Shown: piece by piece, positions 25,101 through 37,912 of the stretch
Position numbering within the stretch: position 1 is the first letter of the stretch
Layout of the letters: every line of letters begins with the position of its first letter
NCBI RefSeq assembly: GCF_046119375.1
Contig: NW_027362816.1
Span: 2,976,001-3,040,000 of the forward strand
Origin: Phyllobates terribilis
Lineage: Eukaryota
Length of the DNA stretch: 64,000 bases
Reading direction: 5' to 3'
Notes under the pieces: generated by a model
What the model was told of the DNA's origin: nothing
Seen by the model: only the letters and a program-made list of their open reading frames with translations
Database searches by the model: none
Made by a program: the position numbers and the translations under genes

Positions 25101-28100
25101 TTCATGACATATTGTACTTCATGATAGTGGCAACATTTATTCGATATCACTTGCGTTTATTTGTGAAAAAAAAATCTGAAAATTTGTCAGAAAATTTTGA
25201 AAATTTCGCAATTTTCTAAATTTGAATTTTCATGCCCTTAAATCAGAGAAATATTTTACACAAAATAGTTAATAAATAATATTTACCACATGTCTACTTT
25301 ACATCAGCACAATTTTGGAACCAAATTTTTTTTTTTGTTAGGAAGTTATAAGGGTTAATAGTTGACCAGCGATTTCTCATTTTTCCAACAAAATTTACAA
25401 AACCATTTTTTTTTTAGGGACCACATCACATTTGAAGTGATTTTGAGGGGTCTTTATGACAGAAAATACCTAAAAGTGACACCATTCTAAAAACTGTTCC
25501 CCTCAAGGTGCTCAAAACCACATTCAAAAAGTTTATTAACCCTTCAGGTGCTTCACAGGAATTTTTGGAATGTGGAAGAAAACAATGAACATTTAACTTT
25601 TTTTACACAAAAATGTTAATTTAGACCCAAATTTATTTATTTTCGCAAGGGTTGACTGGAAAAAATTGACCGCAAAATTTGTTGTGCAATTTTTCCTGAG
25701 CACGCCGATACCACATATGTGGGGGAAATCCACTGTTTGGGCGCACTGCAGTTTTAAGAAGGGAAGATGCGCCATTTGACTTCTTGAATGTAAAATTTGC
25801 TTAAATAATTATCAGATGCCATGTCGCGTTTGGAGAGTCCCTGAAGTGCCGAAACAGTGGAAACTGCCCACAACGGACCCTATTTTCGAAACTAGACCCC
25901 TCAAGGAACCTCTCTAGATGTGTGCTGAGCACTCTGAACCCCCAGGTGCTTCACAGAAGTTTATAACGTAGAGCCATGAAAATAAAAAAAAAAATAACTT
26001 TTTCCGCAAAAATTATCTTTTAGCCCCAATTTTTTTATTTTCACAGGGGTAAGAGGAGAAAATTGACCCCCAAAACTGTTATGCAATTTCTTCTGAGTAC
26101 GCAGATACCACATATATGGGGAAAGTACACTGGGCGCACGGCATGGTTCAGAAGGAGAGGAGCACTGTGTGACTTTTTGAACTCAAAATTGGCTAGAATC
26201 AAGAGGGGACGCCATGTAGTGTTTGGGGAACCCCTGATGCGCCTATATAGTGGAAACCCCCCAAGTGACCCCATTTTGAAAACTAGACCTCTTAAGGATT
26301 TTATCAAGGGGCATGGTGAACATTTTGAGCCCAGACGTACGACACAGAATTTGATAACATTAGGTCATCATATTGAATAAGTTGTCATTAGTCTTGAGTG
26401 CAAGTGCTCGCTACTTGAGTTTGCATCGGGTACTCGGGTATGCACCATGTATCGCGGGTGCTCGAGTAACATGTGCAAGGCCCCGCATGTTTCACGGTTG
26501 TTGTTAAGACACCCAAAAAAACATGTGGGGATCGCTCGTGCATGGCAGGCAATCCCCGCAAGTTTTTTTTGGCCGCGAAGCATATGGGGCAGAAACTCGA
26601 GCATGTCACCAGAGCACCCGCTTTACTCGGTGTATACTCGAGCACCCGATGAAAACTCAAGTAGCGAGCACTTGTGCTCAACACTAGTCATCATTTTTTT
26701 CTTTATTTTTAAAAAAATCATAACCCCAACACAACCCTACCCAACCCTAACACAACCCTAACCCTAAGCCTAGCACAGTCCAAGCACAACCCTAACCATA
26801 ACACAAACCTAACCCTAGCACAACCCTAACCCAACCCTAACCCTAGCACAACCCTAACCCTAGCACAACCCTAACCCTAGCACAACCTTAACCCTAGCAC
26901 AACCCTAACCCTAGCACAACCCTAACCCTAGCACAACCCTAACCCTAGCACAACCCTAAACCTAGTACAACCCTAAACCTAGCACAACCTTAACCCTAGC
27001 ACAACCCTAACTCTAGAGTTTATTTTTTTCACCGTTCCTCGTGCGGTATAAGTGATTAGACAACTTTATTCTTCAGGTCGGTGCGATTACAGCGATACCA
27101 GATTCATATCGAGTTTCTATATTTGGCAGCTGTCACACCCTAAAGGGCAGAAAAATATTTTTTCCATATTTCGGCTGAAGAGTCATGTAAGGGCTTGTTT
27201 TTTTGCGGCACAAGTTGACGCTTTTCTTGGTTCCGTTTTCGGGCACATGACATTTTCTGATCACTTTCTATTCTGATTTTTGGGAGGCAGAATAAACAAA
27301 AACCAACAATTCAGGAATTGCTTTTTGTTTTTTTGTTTTTTTTATGCCATTCCGCGTGTGGTAAAATTTATTCTTCGGGTTAGTACGTTTACAGCGGTAC
27401 CACATTTATATTGTTTTTTATGGTTTGGGGCTTTTATACAATAAAAACTATTTTATAGAAAAAAATATTTTTTGTATCGCTTTATTCTGAGGGCTATAAC
27501 TTTTATTTTTCGGCTGATGGAGCTGTATGGCGGCTTGTTTTTTGCAGGACAAGATGACGTTTTCAGCGGTACTATTTTTAATAACATTCGTCTTTTTTAT
27601 CGCGTTTTATTTCATTTTTTGTTTGGCGGTATGATGATGAAGCATCATTTTTTTCTTCGTTTTTTATTTTTTTACCGTGTTCACTATAAGGGTTAACTAG
27701 TGGGACCGTTTTATAGGTCAGGTCGTTCCGGATGTGGCGATACCAAATGTGTGTACTTTTAATGTGGTGGTTTTTTTATAATAATATTTATTTATGAGTG
27801 CAGTATATTTTTATTTTTTCATTATTTTTATTTTTTTTTTATATATTTTTACAATTTTTAATTTTATTTTTCCCCACTTTCTGGCACTTTTTTAATTACT
27901 TTTACCCTTTGTCCCACTATGGGACTTTCACTTTTTGCAGCCTGATCACTTGCATAGCATAGAGATGCAGGAGCATCTCTGTGCTATGCAGGCTGTCAGT
28001 CCTGCACTGGCACAAGTTAGTTAGAACGTGCACTGAGAACGATCTAACTAACTTGCTGATGCCTGGTGACCCGGATGTCGTCATGACGACATCAGGTCAT

Positions 28101-29503
28101 CATGGCAACTACCAGACCCAGCAGACACAGCGCGGGATCCCGGATACAAGGTAAGAGGGGTTACGTCCCCTTGCTCCCGGAATGCTGCAATCGACTTCGA
28201 TCGCAGCATTTTGGGGATTAATGTGCCACTGTGGGATCGCTCCTGGCACATATTACCGGGTGTTAGCCAAAAGGCCCAGGGCACAGGGACGTACTATTAC
28301 TGACATTGTCAGTAAGGGGTTAATAAACAATTAATAGAGAGATTACAAATCCGGACAGGACACAGATTATTACATGTAATACATTTTTTTTTAATCTGAG
28401 ACTTCTCTGCATTTAGTGGTTACTACTCACCTGGGTAGTCATATGTAGGAATCTCATCTTTACACCACTCATCACCCCTCACATATGTCTCTGTAGTATT
28501 AATATGGGTCAGATCTTCACCCTGAAACAAATATTGTAAAAGTCACAGACAGATGATGGAGAAGTCCCATCTATGATCAGCTCTAATCCTGCCATCTCCA
28601 CCGTCCTCATTACACAAGTATAAAACATATAATACTGGTGGATAAAACAAGACTGAACACAAGACCTTCACAGCCGTCTACACATCATAGGGGAGATCTC
28701 ATGACACCTTCTCTCCATCTACCTGATGATCCTGAGGAACATTGGGGTCTTCTTGTTTACAGTCCTGTGGAAGAAGAGGACGGGGACATCTCTCTGGTGT
28801 TGTCCTCTTACTGGATATATCTGGAGGAAACACATACAGGGACTGAATTCATTCTTTACATACAGATAATTATAGGCCGTGTGTATTTAGTCCTGTCTAT
28901 TACCTGGTGATGTGAGGGGCTGGGGAACCTCCATCATGATGTCCTTGTACAGATCTTTGTGTCCTTCTAAATACTCCCACTCCTCCATGGAGAAATAGAC
29001 AGCGACATCCTGACATCTTATAGGAACCTGACACATACAATGATACCATCATCCCCCCGATCCCTTCATAGCGTTACTGTATAATGTCCCAGCATTCACA
29101 GCAGTGTTACCTCTCCAGTCAGCAGCTCAATCATCTTGTAGGTGAGTTCTGGGATCTTCTGCTCATTGATGTCCTCATGTATCAGGGGGTGAGGTGGAGG
29201 CTCTGTGATTGGGTTCAGGGGTCTTCCCCATCCCTCAGACACAGGGACCTGACAGCGCTCACTAGAGGTCTTCTTCACTACTATGTAATCCTGGTTATGG
29301 AGAGACACATTAATAAATCTCACTACAGACATTTCCAGAGTCCTCATCTCTCCAGTTCTGTCCATCTGTTATTCCCATAGATAAGAATGATGTAATGTGA
29401 CGTCATCAGAATCTCTCACCTCTCCAGTAAGCCGGAAGAGGATCTCTAGGGTGAGGTGGAATATCCTCTCCGCCATCTTCTTCTTCTCCTTCTCCTTCTC
29501 CAT
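11876..29503 (-). CDS. FAX/KRAB-like C2H2 zinc-finger protein A (XlCOF/XlCGF-type), 617 aa, 12 fingers
   Basis: Exons 29420..29503, 29111..29290, 28904..29027 ([34 protein letters not shown]-like), 28723..28820, 28431..28521, 11876..13152. All introns are GT-AG with compatible phases (0,0,1,0,1), 1854 nt open in total. Confidence 0.85.
13388..13555. repeat. 18-bp minisatellite GAGCAGGGCAGCGCGGTG, ~9 copies
   Basis: Tandem array seen directly in the last intron of gene A. Confidence 0.9.
17093..17932 (+). pseudogene. Gypsy gag, frameshifted
   Basis: MDPVAGL...[28 protein letters not shown], zinc knuckle [14 protein letters not shown]. Confidence 0.9.
17929..21200 (+). pseudogene. Gypsy pol (PR-RT-RH-IN-chromodomain), disrupted
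   Basis: ORF pieces 17929..18114, 18115..18813, 18819..19280, 19327..20457, 20466..20702, 20696..21292. Chromodomain [16 protein letters not shown]. Confidence 0.92.
23374..24591 (+). mobile_element. Solo LTR-like element
   Basis: TGTGGCGCCCCTG ... GGGGCGCGTCACA termini. The same start motif occurs at the reverse complement of 36026. No clean TSD. Confidence 0.7.
26389..26686. mobile_element. Palindromic MITE nested in the piggyBac-like element
   Basis: Arms TAGTCTTGAGTGCAAGTGCTCGCTACTTGAGTTTGCATCGGG / CCCGATGAAAACTCAAGTAGCGAGCACTTGTGCTCAACACTA. TSD degenerate (GTTGTCAT vs GTCATCAT). Confidence 0.8.
26720..27015. repeat. Telomere-like minisatellite, 17-bp unit AACCCTAACCCTAGCAC
   Basis: Tandem CCCTAA-containing units seen directly. 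Confidence 0.9.
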
Positions 29504-29588
29504 CCACTAAGGTTTAAGGTAAATTTTCTAGAAGATGGAAGATAATGATGAGAACGACTGAATCTACAGGATCCTAAATGGAAGGAAG

Positions 29589-29760
29589 ATGGCTGCTCGG
29601 TGCGCACAGGAGCTGTGATGAGGTCACAGGAGGGGAGGAGTCAGGGGTCACATGATCAGGGGCCTCAGTGGATGCAGGACTCTGCTGTGCTGGTTGTCAT
29701 GGTGCTGGATGAGCTGAAGTTTATGTGTGGGGTCAGGAGGGGTTTACAGTGTGGATGTAG
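29589..29760. promoter_or_regulatory. Conserved upstream module of ZNF A (putative promoter/5' region)
   Basis: Near-identical copies at 47536..47709 and 60261..60437, each upstream of a ZNF paralog. Contains GTCACATGA (E-box), and copies A and C are preceded by AAGATGGC (YY1-like). Function is inferred. Confidence 0.55.
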
Positions 29761-30030
29761 CAGAGCCGCGTGTGTACGAGGTGTACGGAGCAGAGCCGCG
29801 TGTGTACGAGGTGTACGGAGCGGAGCCGCGTGTGTACGAGGTGTACGGAGCAGAGCCGTGTGTGTACGAGGTGTACAGAGCGGAGCCGCGTGTGTACGAG
29901 GTGTACGGAGCGGAGCCGCGTGTGTACGAGGTGTACGGAGCGGAGCCGTGTGTGTACGAGGTGTACAGAGCGGAGCCGCGTGTGTACGAGGTGTACGGAG
30001 CGGGGCCACGTGTGTACGAGGTGTACGGAG
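29761..30030. repeat. CpG-rich 30-bp VNTR, ~9 units
   Basis: Unit GTACGAGGTGTACGGAGC(A/G)GAGCCGCGTGT. Confidence 0.95.
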
Positions 30031-30275
30031 AGGAGTATCCCGAGTTATCTATCTGCACCATCTGAATAGAGCGAGTTCTGTGTCACTAAGATGAATGATG
30101 ATGGGAGTGTATGAAGCTGTCAGTTTCTATGCACCTTCACTTACTTCACTATGGCTGTATACATGTGTGTATGTATTTCAGCCATTAACTCCTTGTTCGG
30201 TCTAAGATGATGTAAGGTGGCTTTCGGACACACAGTTGATGGGAGGTATATATCACAGAGGTGGTTGTCCTAGAC

Positions 30276-31896
30276 CAGGGGTCTCAAACTCAGCTGGGCA
30301 TATGGGCCGCACATGGAAAAACATTTAATTTGGGGGGCCGCATTATTTGCATGACAAAGTGACATTTTTAGTGATACCATTTTATTTTCTATACACCTTT
30401 TGAACTGGTCCTCATCTTGCAGACATGGTCTCCCCTCCAGGTCCCCCATATTGCAGACATGGTCTCCCCTCCAGGTCCGCCATATTGCAGACATGGTCTC
30501 CCCTCCAGGTCCCCCATATTGCAGACATGGTCCCCCATCCAGGTCCCCATCCAGCAGACATGGTCTCCCATCCAGGTCCTCCATATTGCCGACATGGTCC
30601 CCCATATTGCAGACATGGTCCCCCATCCAGGTCCCCCATATTGCAGACGTGGCCTTCATATTGCAGACATGGTCCCCCATCCAACAGACATGGTCTTCCA
30701 TCCAGGTCCTCCATATTGCAGACATGGTCCCCCATATTGCCGACATGGTCCCCCATATTGCAGACATGGTCCCCCATCCAGGTCCCCCTTATTGCAGACA
30801 TGGCCTTCATATTGCAGACATGGTCCCCATATTGCAGACATGGTCTCCCATCCAGGTCCCCCATATCGCAGACATGGCCTTCATATTGCAGACATGGTCC
30901 CCCATCCAGGTCCCCCCATATTGCAGACATGATCCCCCATCCAGGTACCCCATATTGCAGACATGGTCCCCCATATTACAGACATGGTCCCCCATCCTGG
31001 TCCTTATGTTGCAGACATGTCCCCCATACAGGTCCCCATGTTGCAGACATGTCCCCCATCCAGGTGTCCCCCCCATACTGTGCACAGGGCCGCCCCCCCC
31101 CCATACTGCGCACAGGGTCCCCGTCCCCCCATATTGCACTCAGGGTCCCCCTCCCCCCATACAGCGCTCAGGGTCCCAGCCCACCCCATACAGCGCTCAG
31201 GATCCCAGTCCCCCCCATACTGCGCTCAGGGTCCCCGTCCCCCGCCATAGAGCGCTCATGGTCCCCGTCCCCCCATACTGCACTCAGGGTCCCCCCACAT
31301 ACTGCGCTCATGGTCCCCGTCCCCCCATACTGCGCTCAGGGTCCTCGTCCCCCCATACTGCGCTCAGGGTCCCCGTCCCCCCATACTGCACACGGTGCCC
31401 CCCTCCATATACTGAGCACAGGTCCCCTGTGCTGTATTTCACATGACAGAGAAAAAAAAATATATATATTCTCACCTGTCCTCCGTTCCCTCGGCGTCCT
31501 TTCTGCACCTGTGGCCCGCAGGCACAGACCCCGTAACGATCGCGGCTTTCTCCAGCAGCCGCCGATATCAGCGCTGTATTGCAGTGTATTGCCGCGCAGA
31601 GACCGGCTCTCTGCACAGCAATACCAGTGCCAGCCGCCAACCTATCAGAGGCCAGCAGCTGACATCTGTACATGGCAGTGATGTCATACGCCGCCGCGCT
31701 GGGACGCAGAGGTCAGGCCGGTGGCTGGCACTGATATTGCTGTGCAGAGAGACGGTCTCTGCGCCGCAATACACTGTACTACAGCACTGATATCGGCGGC
31801 TGCTGGAGAGAGCCGCGATCATTATGGGGTCTATGTGCCTGCGGGCCGCAAGAAGCAGCCGGAGGGGCCGCATCGGGCCGCGTGTTTGAGACCCCT
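30276..31896. mobile_element. hAT MITE with internal minisatellite and hairpin
   Basis: TIRs CAGGGGTCTCAAAC / GTTTGAGACCCCT, flanked by (T)CCTAGAC. Array CATATTGCAGACATGGTCCCC at 30410..31050, inverted arms at 31520..31840. Confidence 0.88.
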
Positions 31897-33369
31897 AGAC
31901 TGTCTCTAAAGTGCCCTTGTTAGAACTGTTTACTTTGTTTTGCCTCCATTGAATGCCGTTTATTTTCCTTTGCTTGTGATGTGGTTTATGAAGAACCAAT
32001 AACCCAGCAAGGACATATAAATGGAAACAGTTCCCGTGTTACCTCACCACGCACCCAAGTGAGTAGCATTCCCACAATGGGTGTTAGAAATACGGGCAGA
32101 GTTCCCAGGGAACACGTGTGACTGATACAGAGGTACTGCATGCCCTGGACGAAGGCGGCCATAAGCCAGCAAATAACATCAGATAGCATGGAGAACCTAG
32201 TGAAACACCTGGTACAAGCCCAGCTGTAGCAGCAGTACCGACAACAGCTGGCGCAACAGAAGACAAATAAGCTGCTTATGCAACAGAGGTTCGTGGCATG
32301 GTGGTAGATTCGACTCCAAGGTCAGCTGATGATGTCTCCATCCAGAAGGCAGTAAGGAGAGCCCTGCAAAAAATGACCAAGGGTGACGACACAGAGGCCA
32401 TTTTTGAAAGATTCGACGAGAGGGAGAAACTCTCACCAGGGCAATGTGCTGATGCCATACTTAACGGGGGAGCTCCAGAAGGCCTACTCTGACTTAGCCT
32501 TAAAAGATGCGCTTAGGAGTGACAATGACTGTCAGGGTACAACGTGTCCACCGCTTGGCATATCACTGTGACAAACCCCCTCCCTACCAAATGTTTGATT
32601 TGCTGAACCACATTCAAAAATGGTTGCAGGCAGAGACCTCTACCCCTGTGCAGATGGTATTGCGAGTGGTAATGTACCGGTTTGTGCACTCCTTTCCGAG
32701 GCCAATACAGACTTGGGTTGCCCAGGGGGATCCCCGGAATACAGATGACCTGGTCAGACTGTTCGAAAGATATCACGTGGTCGATGGTTCCTTGGGGACC
32801 CCCAAAAAGGGGTGGGTCGTCCAAGATCAAAAGGCTCAGGGGAGGTTATACCAAAGGTTCCAGCTGGCAATATATGCTGGAAATATCACGGCCCAGGCCA
32901 TATAGCACCCCATTGTCCCCTGACTTCCAAGCAGATGGACTGTAGCCTGGGTTGCCACTGTTCATACTATGTGTATCCAGTTTGCAGTGCGATCTTTCCA
33001 CGCAATAAGGGGCCACAAGCTTGTCCTGTAATGGGGAATTGTCGGCAAGTGACTGGACTGCTAGTCTTAGAAAGTTTGTTGACCCTAGTGAGGTACACAT
33101 TTCCTCTCCAGCTGATCCCTGGAAAGAAAGTTGACGTCAATTGCTTTCACGAGGATGCTGTCCTAAACAGTATAGCGCAAGAGCCACGGGCTGACACCAG
33201 GTTTCCCTATTTTATGTTGAGTGGGGAGATATTGTACAGCGTTATTAAGGTCAGAGAGGAAATAGTGGAGCAATTGTTGGTACCCTGACCATGTAGACGA
33301 AGGATGATGGACATGGTCCATTTACATGTCTTGACCATTTGGATGTGGATAAAAGTGGATAAGTGGTTG

Positions 33370-34185
33370 TGCGGAAGTTCTAGTGGCCTGGATGTCACCT
33401 CATATCCAAGGCCTTTCCACTTCATGCCGACTCCAATTCAAAAATATTTCCCGGATCCGCACATTCCTCAACCATGAATCTGCAAAAACACTAGTGCGTG
33501 CCCTCATCATCTCTCTCCTCGACTACTGCAACCTCCTGCTCTGTGGTCTCTCTTCTAACACTCTCGCACCCCTGCAATCTATCCTAAACTCTGCTGCCCA
33601 ACTAATGCACCTGTCCCCCCGATATTCTCCTGTCTCTTCCCGCTGCCAATCCCTGCACTGGCTCCCCATTGCCCAGAGACTCAAGTTCAATACCCTAACC
33701 TTGGCATACAAAACCATCCATAGCCTGTCTCCTCCATATATCTATGACCTAGTCTCCCGGTACCTACTTGCATGCAACCTCCGATCCTCACAGGACCACC
33801 TTCTCTACTCTGCTCCTTTCTCCTCTTCCCACAATTGCATACAAGATTTCTCCCATGCATCCCCCCTACTCTGGAACTCTCTACTCCAACACGTCAGACT
33901 CTCGCCTACTGTGGAAACCTTCAAAAGGAACCTGAAGACCGACCTCTTCCGATAAGCCTACAAACTGCAGTAACCCTCACTGCATGACCAGCTGTACCCT
34001 CACCTACGGTATCCTCACCCCCCTTCTACACTGTGAGCCCTCACGGGCAGGGTCCTCTCGCCTCCTGTGCCAGTCGGTGACTTGTTTTTGTTTAAACTAT
34101 TGTACTTCTTGTCTGCTATGTATACCCCTTTTTCACATGTAAAGCGCCATGGAATTAATGGCGCTATATTAATTAATAATAATAA
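33370..34185 (+). mobile_element. L2 LINE 3' fragment
   Basis: ORF 33383..33955 (ALIISLLDYCN, LHWLPIAQR), tail TGTAAAGCGCCATGGAATTAATGGCGCTATATT(AAT)n. Confidence 0.9.
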
Positions 34186-34667
34186 CCTAGAAGACTAAAA
34201 CTGTACCAAGTGTACATATGTGGCAAGATAGGGAGCCAGTTGAAACTTCGTGTTTTCTGGACAAGCCTGAAGCAGATGTTGAAAGAGTCATAATAGCAAA
34301 GATGCAGTTGAAGGCTCAAAAATAGCAGTGCGGGAGTTGTTGCAGCAGAACAGGGACCTGTTCTTAGATTTGCTATTTTGTACAAAGGTCATAGAACATG
34401 AGGTTCTGATGGAATCCCATGTGCGGGTGAACTTGAAGCCCTATCTAATTCCTGAGGCCTGGCGAGAGCTATTCTCCAAGGAATCTCTGAGTATTTGAGG
34501 AATCAGAGAGGGTGGTGTAGCCCTATTGTCCTGGTTCCAAAACCTGATGGCGAATGGAGGTTCTGTAACGATTATAGGAAGCTGAATGAAGTCCAAGTTC
34601 AACGCATATCAGATGCCGTGTGTAGATGACCTGATCGCGAGACGTGGGCTGGCAAAGTATATAACTT

Positions 34668-36026
34668 TGTGACCCACTACTACTCAGGTAGCGTTAGCCC
34701 TCCGTGGGAAAGGTGTACTCGGACTGCGGGCCGGTGGTAGAGGGGGATGCAGTGATGGCCTTGGCCCAGTCCGTGGCCAGGGCGCACACATTAAAAATAT
34801 GGGGTAGTGGATGAGTGGTTATTTGTCGGCTACGCCACCTGTGGTTTCTGCTGAGGACCACCAGCGCTGCGCCAGTCCTCTGAGGCCGGTGTTCTAGCAG
34901 CTTGGGATGGAATAGCTCCCCGCAGGTGGAGCCAGGCCTCAGGGCAGAGTAGAAGAAGTGCAGTGCAGAGGAATGGTGGGTGCGGTGCCGCGCAGAAATG
35001 AGAGAGAAGAGGCGGTGTATGAAGTCATCCAGGTTTTACTCACGGTAGACTTGTTTTCAGCCACAAAGCTTCTCTTTGTTCCTCACGGCGCGCTGCGGCC
35101 ACCAGGATGGGGTTCAGCTCACTCCGGGTAGCTCGGATGCACCAGACAAAACCCCTCCACCAGTGTGTTCCTCTCACTTGCTGTACTAGAACCGCCTCGT
35201 GCCCCTACTAAGTCCCGTACGGGTACCGCAATGTCCGCTGAAGGTGGCTTGTAGCCCCCGGACCGCCTAGGTCCCTTATTGGTGACTGGTGTGTAAACGT
35301 GGCGTAAGGCTGGGGTCCCTCTGGATAGACGCAGATTAAGGGGATACAGGTGGCGACTCCGCTCCATCCATATTCCCCCTGGGAACCACTTCAGCCTCCG
35401 GACTTTTCTGACAGAGACCTGGAGTACAAAGTCAGATAATCGGGGACCGGTACCCCCTCTTGCGGCAGGAGTCTCTCTGGCGGGGCCAGAATAAGGGTAG
35501 CAGGTGGCGACTCTGCTCCGTCCACATCCCCTGAGATCCTTTCGCCTGTGGAGCTCTTCTCCTCTGCTCCCCTCCTAGGCCTTCTGGTGTGGACTAAGAC
35601 ATAGGACACAGCCAGCTGTAACTCAACTCTGCCCCAGCCCCCAATCTCAAGGCCTGAGACCGGGAATCACAGCCTCCTGAGGCAGATGCAGCTTGTACTA
35701 ACTGTCACCTCCAGGGAACTGCGACAAAAAACCCGGTATTAAAGATGGCATCCATATTTATATGGATGTATTAGTGTAACCGTAAAGTGCTTCCTCCACC
35801 CTACTCACTACAAGGTTCCCCCTACTTTTGGTCCCCCCCTTACTCCTCCATTCAGGACTGGGGTAGCACATTGTGCTCTAAACCCCCTTCAGAATGGGAG
35901 TGTGTAGTGTTGGATGTGTGGTGGGGCCCTGTGTGGTGCTCCATCCTTACCTCGGAGAGGAGATACCACACCTCGTTCCATGAAGTGCAGTACCCCTGTC
36001 GCGACTGAACTCTCAGGGGCGCCACA
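34668..36026 (-). mobile_element. Solo LTR inserted in the RT of the Gmr1-like element
   Basis: Reverse-complement ends TGTGGCGCCCCTG...GGGTCACA. It splits KYI|TTLDL, with TAAC on both sides (2 extra nt on the left). Confidence 0.75.
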
Positions 36027-36759
36027 TAACCACCTTGGATTTAACTAAGAAATATTGGCAAATCCCCATGTCACAAGAAGCCAAGGAGAAGACTGCCTTC
36101 TCTATGCCCAACGGATGTTTCCAATATGTCCGGATGCTGTTTTGTCAAAAGGGAGCCCTGGCCACCTTCCAGAGTGCCATGGACTGGATCCTCGCAATCC
36201 ATAAGAATTACACTGCATCATACTTTATATATTGTAATCTTCAGCCCAGATTGGAGATGTCACCTGCAAAAGGTCCAGTCGGTGTTTGATCCTCTCAGGA
36301 AGGCAGGGTTTTCTATAAATCTGAAAACATTTTGCCATGGGAAATAAAGAGGCCGAATAACTAGGATATGTAGTAGGTAGAGGCGAGATCAAACCCCAGA
36401 TCAGTAAAGTAGATGCAATCCAAAACTGGCCAAGACCACTCTTAAAGAAGCAAGTTAGAGCCTTTCTGAAAATGAAAATAACGGACAGCAGTCATGTAAT
36501 GTGTGGTCTCTAAGTAAAGGTAGTGTGACGGGAGCTAGTTACCCCATCCGCAGATGTCCAATCTTCTTCTGCCTGCCCCTGACATGGAAAAGCTTTTCTT
36601 ACACTGGGATATATAAAATATGACTATCGCAGTGTGTCTCCAAGATGGACTAAAACTTTTATTCTTACAAGCAGGTTTTAAAGAGAATCACACAGGCTAT
36701 TTTTAGCACCCATTGTTCTCACCAGATAATACCCACAGTAGGCTCCCAGACAGCAGTGA

Positions 36760-37384
36760 AGCCCCCGTCTCACATAGCGATATCGCTAGCGATATCGCTG
36801 CTGAGTCACGGTTTTGGTGACTCACCAGCGACCTCACCAGCGATGTCGCTGTGTGTGACACTTTGCAACGATCAGGCCCCTGCTGTGAGGTCGCTGATCG
36901 TTGCAAAGTGTCCTGGACCATTTTTTGGTCGTTGGCCTCCCGCTGGCCAGCACACATCGCTGTGTGTGACCAGCGGGACCAACGATCTGGCTGGTAACTA
37001 TGGTAAACATCGGGTTACTAGGGGCACGCGCGCACTTAGTAACCCACTGTTTACCATGGATACCACTCTGCTACGGTGCGCGGAGGCTCCCGCGCACCGT
37101 AGCAGAGTGGTATCCATGGTAAACAGCGGGTTACTAGGGGCACACGCGCACTTAGTAACCCGATGTTTACCATAGTTACCAGCCTGCTCCTGCTTGCAGC
37201 AGGCTGGTAACGGGAGCAGGACATCGTGGAACGATTCTTTCCACGATATCGCTGCTCCCCTGATCGCTGGTGAGCCTGCCTGTTTGACAGCTCACCAGCG
37301 ATGTATTAGCGATGCAGCAACGATCCCTGACAGGTCGTATCGTTGTCGGGATCGCTGCTGCATCGCTTAGTGTGACGGGGCCCT
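36760..37384. mobile_element. Palindrome-rich MITE (Harbinger-like termini)
   Basis: GCCCCCGTCTCACATAGCGA ... TCGCTTAGTGTGACGGGGCCC inverted ends, nested internal inverted repeats. Confidence 0.7.
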
Positions 37385-37912
37385 TAGGCAACAACCCATT
37401 AATCAGCACATTGTCTGTTTGCCCCTGCTAAGTGAGCACAGGAAGGTGGGGGCCAGGAGTGCTTTGGTCACATCACAAAATGTCCAACAATATGTGATCC
37501 ACAATATTCACCCCACTTTGTAACATTATGTCCCATTAGCTGCATAGGTGCTACGACAACCCCCATGTGGAAAAATCTTGGAGTACGGGGTTGATCCATC
37601 ACAGGTAAATTTGCAATAAAAAAGATGGCATCACTTGCTAACTTCTGCGATCAACCAGTGAGGAGTTATCGCAGAAAATTAGAGATTGAATAAAACCAAG
37701 AAGGGCGGAGACCAGCCCACGTGAGGTCATCACAGGGGAGTGTGTGGGCAGCGCCCCCGTCGGCATAAAAGATCAGGCCGAATATTGATCTATACTCATG
37801 CCGGGTTATACATATTTGTGTAAGCGGGGGTCCTGTTCCATAACGGTTCGTTTGAGTGCTTCCCTCCAGCTAAACTGAATGGTCTCTGCGATCGGCCTAG
37901 TAAGTCCTTCTA

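Larger units (their letters stand above)
24972..28319. mobile_element. Non-autonomous piggyBac-like element
   Basis: TTAA on both sides, short TIRs CCCCTTTAC / GTAAGGGG, AT-rich non-coding interior with internal repeats (GACCC..TTTT.GAAACTAGACC at ~25875 and ~26265). Confidence 0.8.
31900..36470 (+). mobile_element. Gmr1-like Gypsy remnant (gag-PR-IN-RT order), interrupted by L2 and a solo LTR
   Basis: LTR end CCCACA at 32076 with a degenerate PBS, SCAN-like gag (KWLQAE...RFVHSFP...WV), IN start at ~33260 ahead of RT motifs ([17 protein letters not shown]; TTLDLTKKYWQIP). Confidence 0.8.

Noticed and set aside
26720-27015. True telomere or chromosome-fusion scar
   Set aside because: The repeat is a 17-bp unit in one orientation only, not pure (TTAGGG)n, and it lies inside a transposon.
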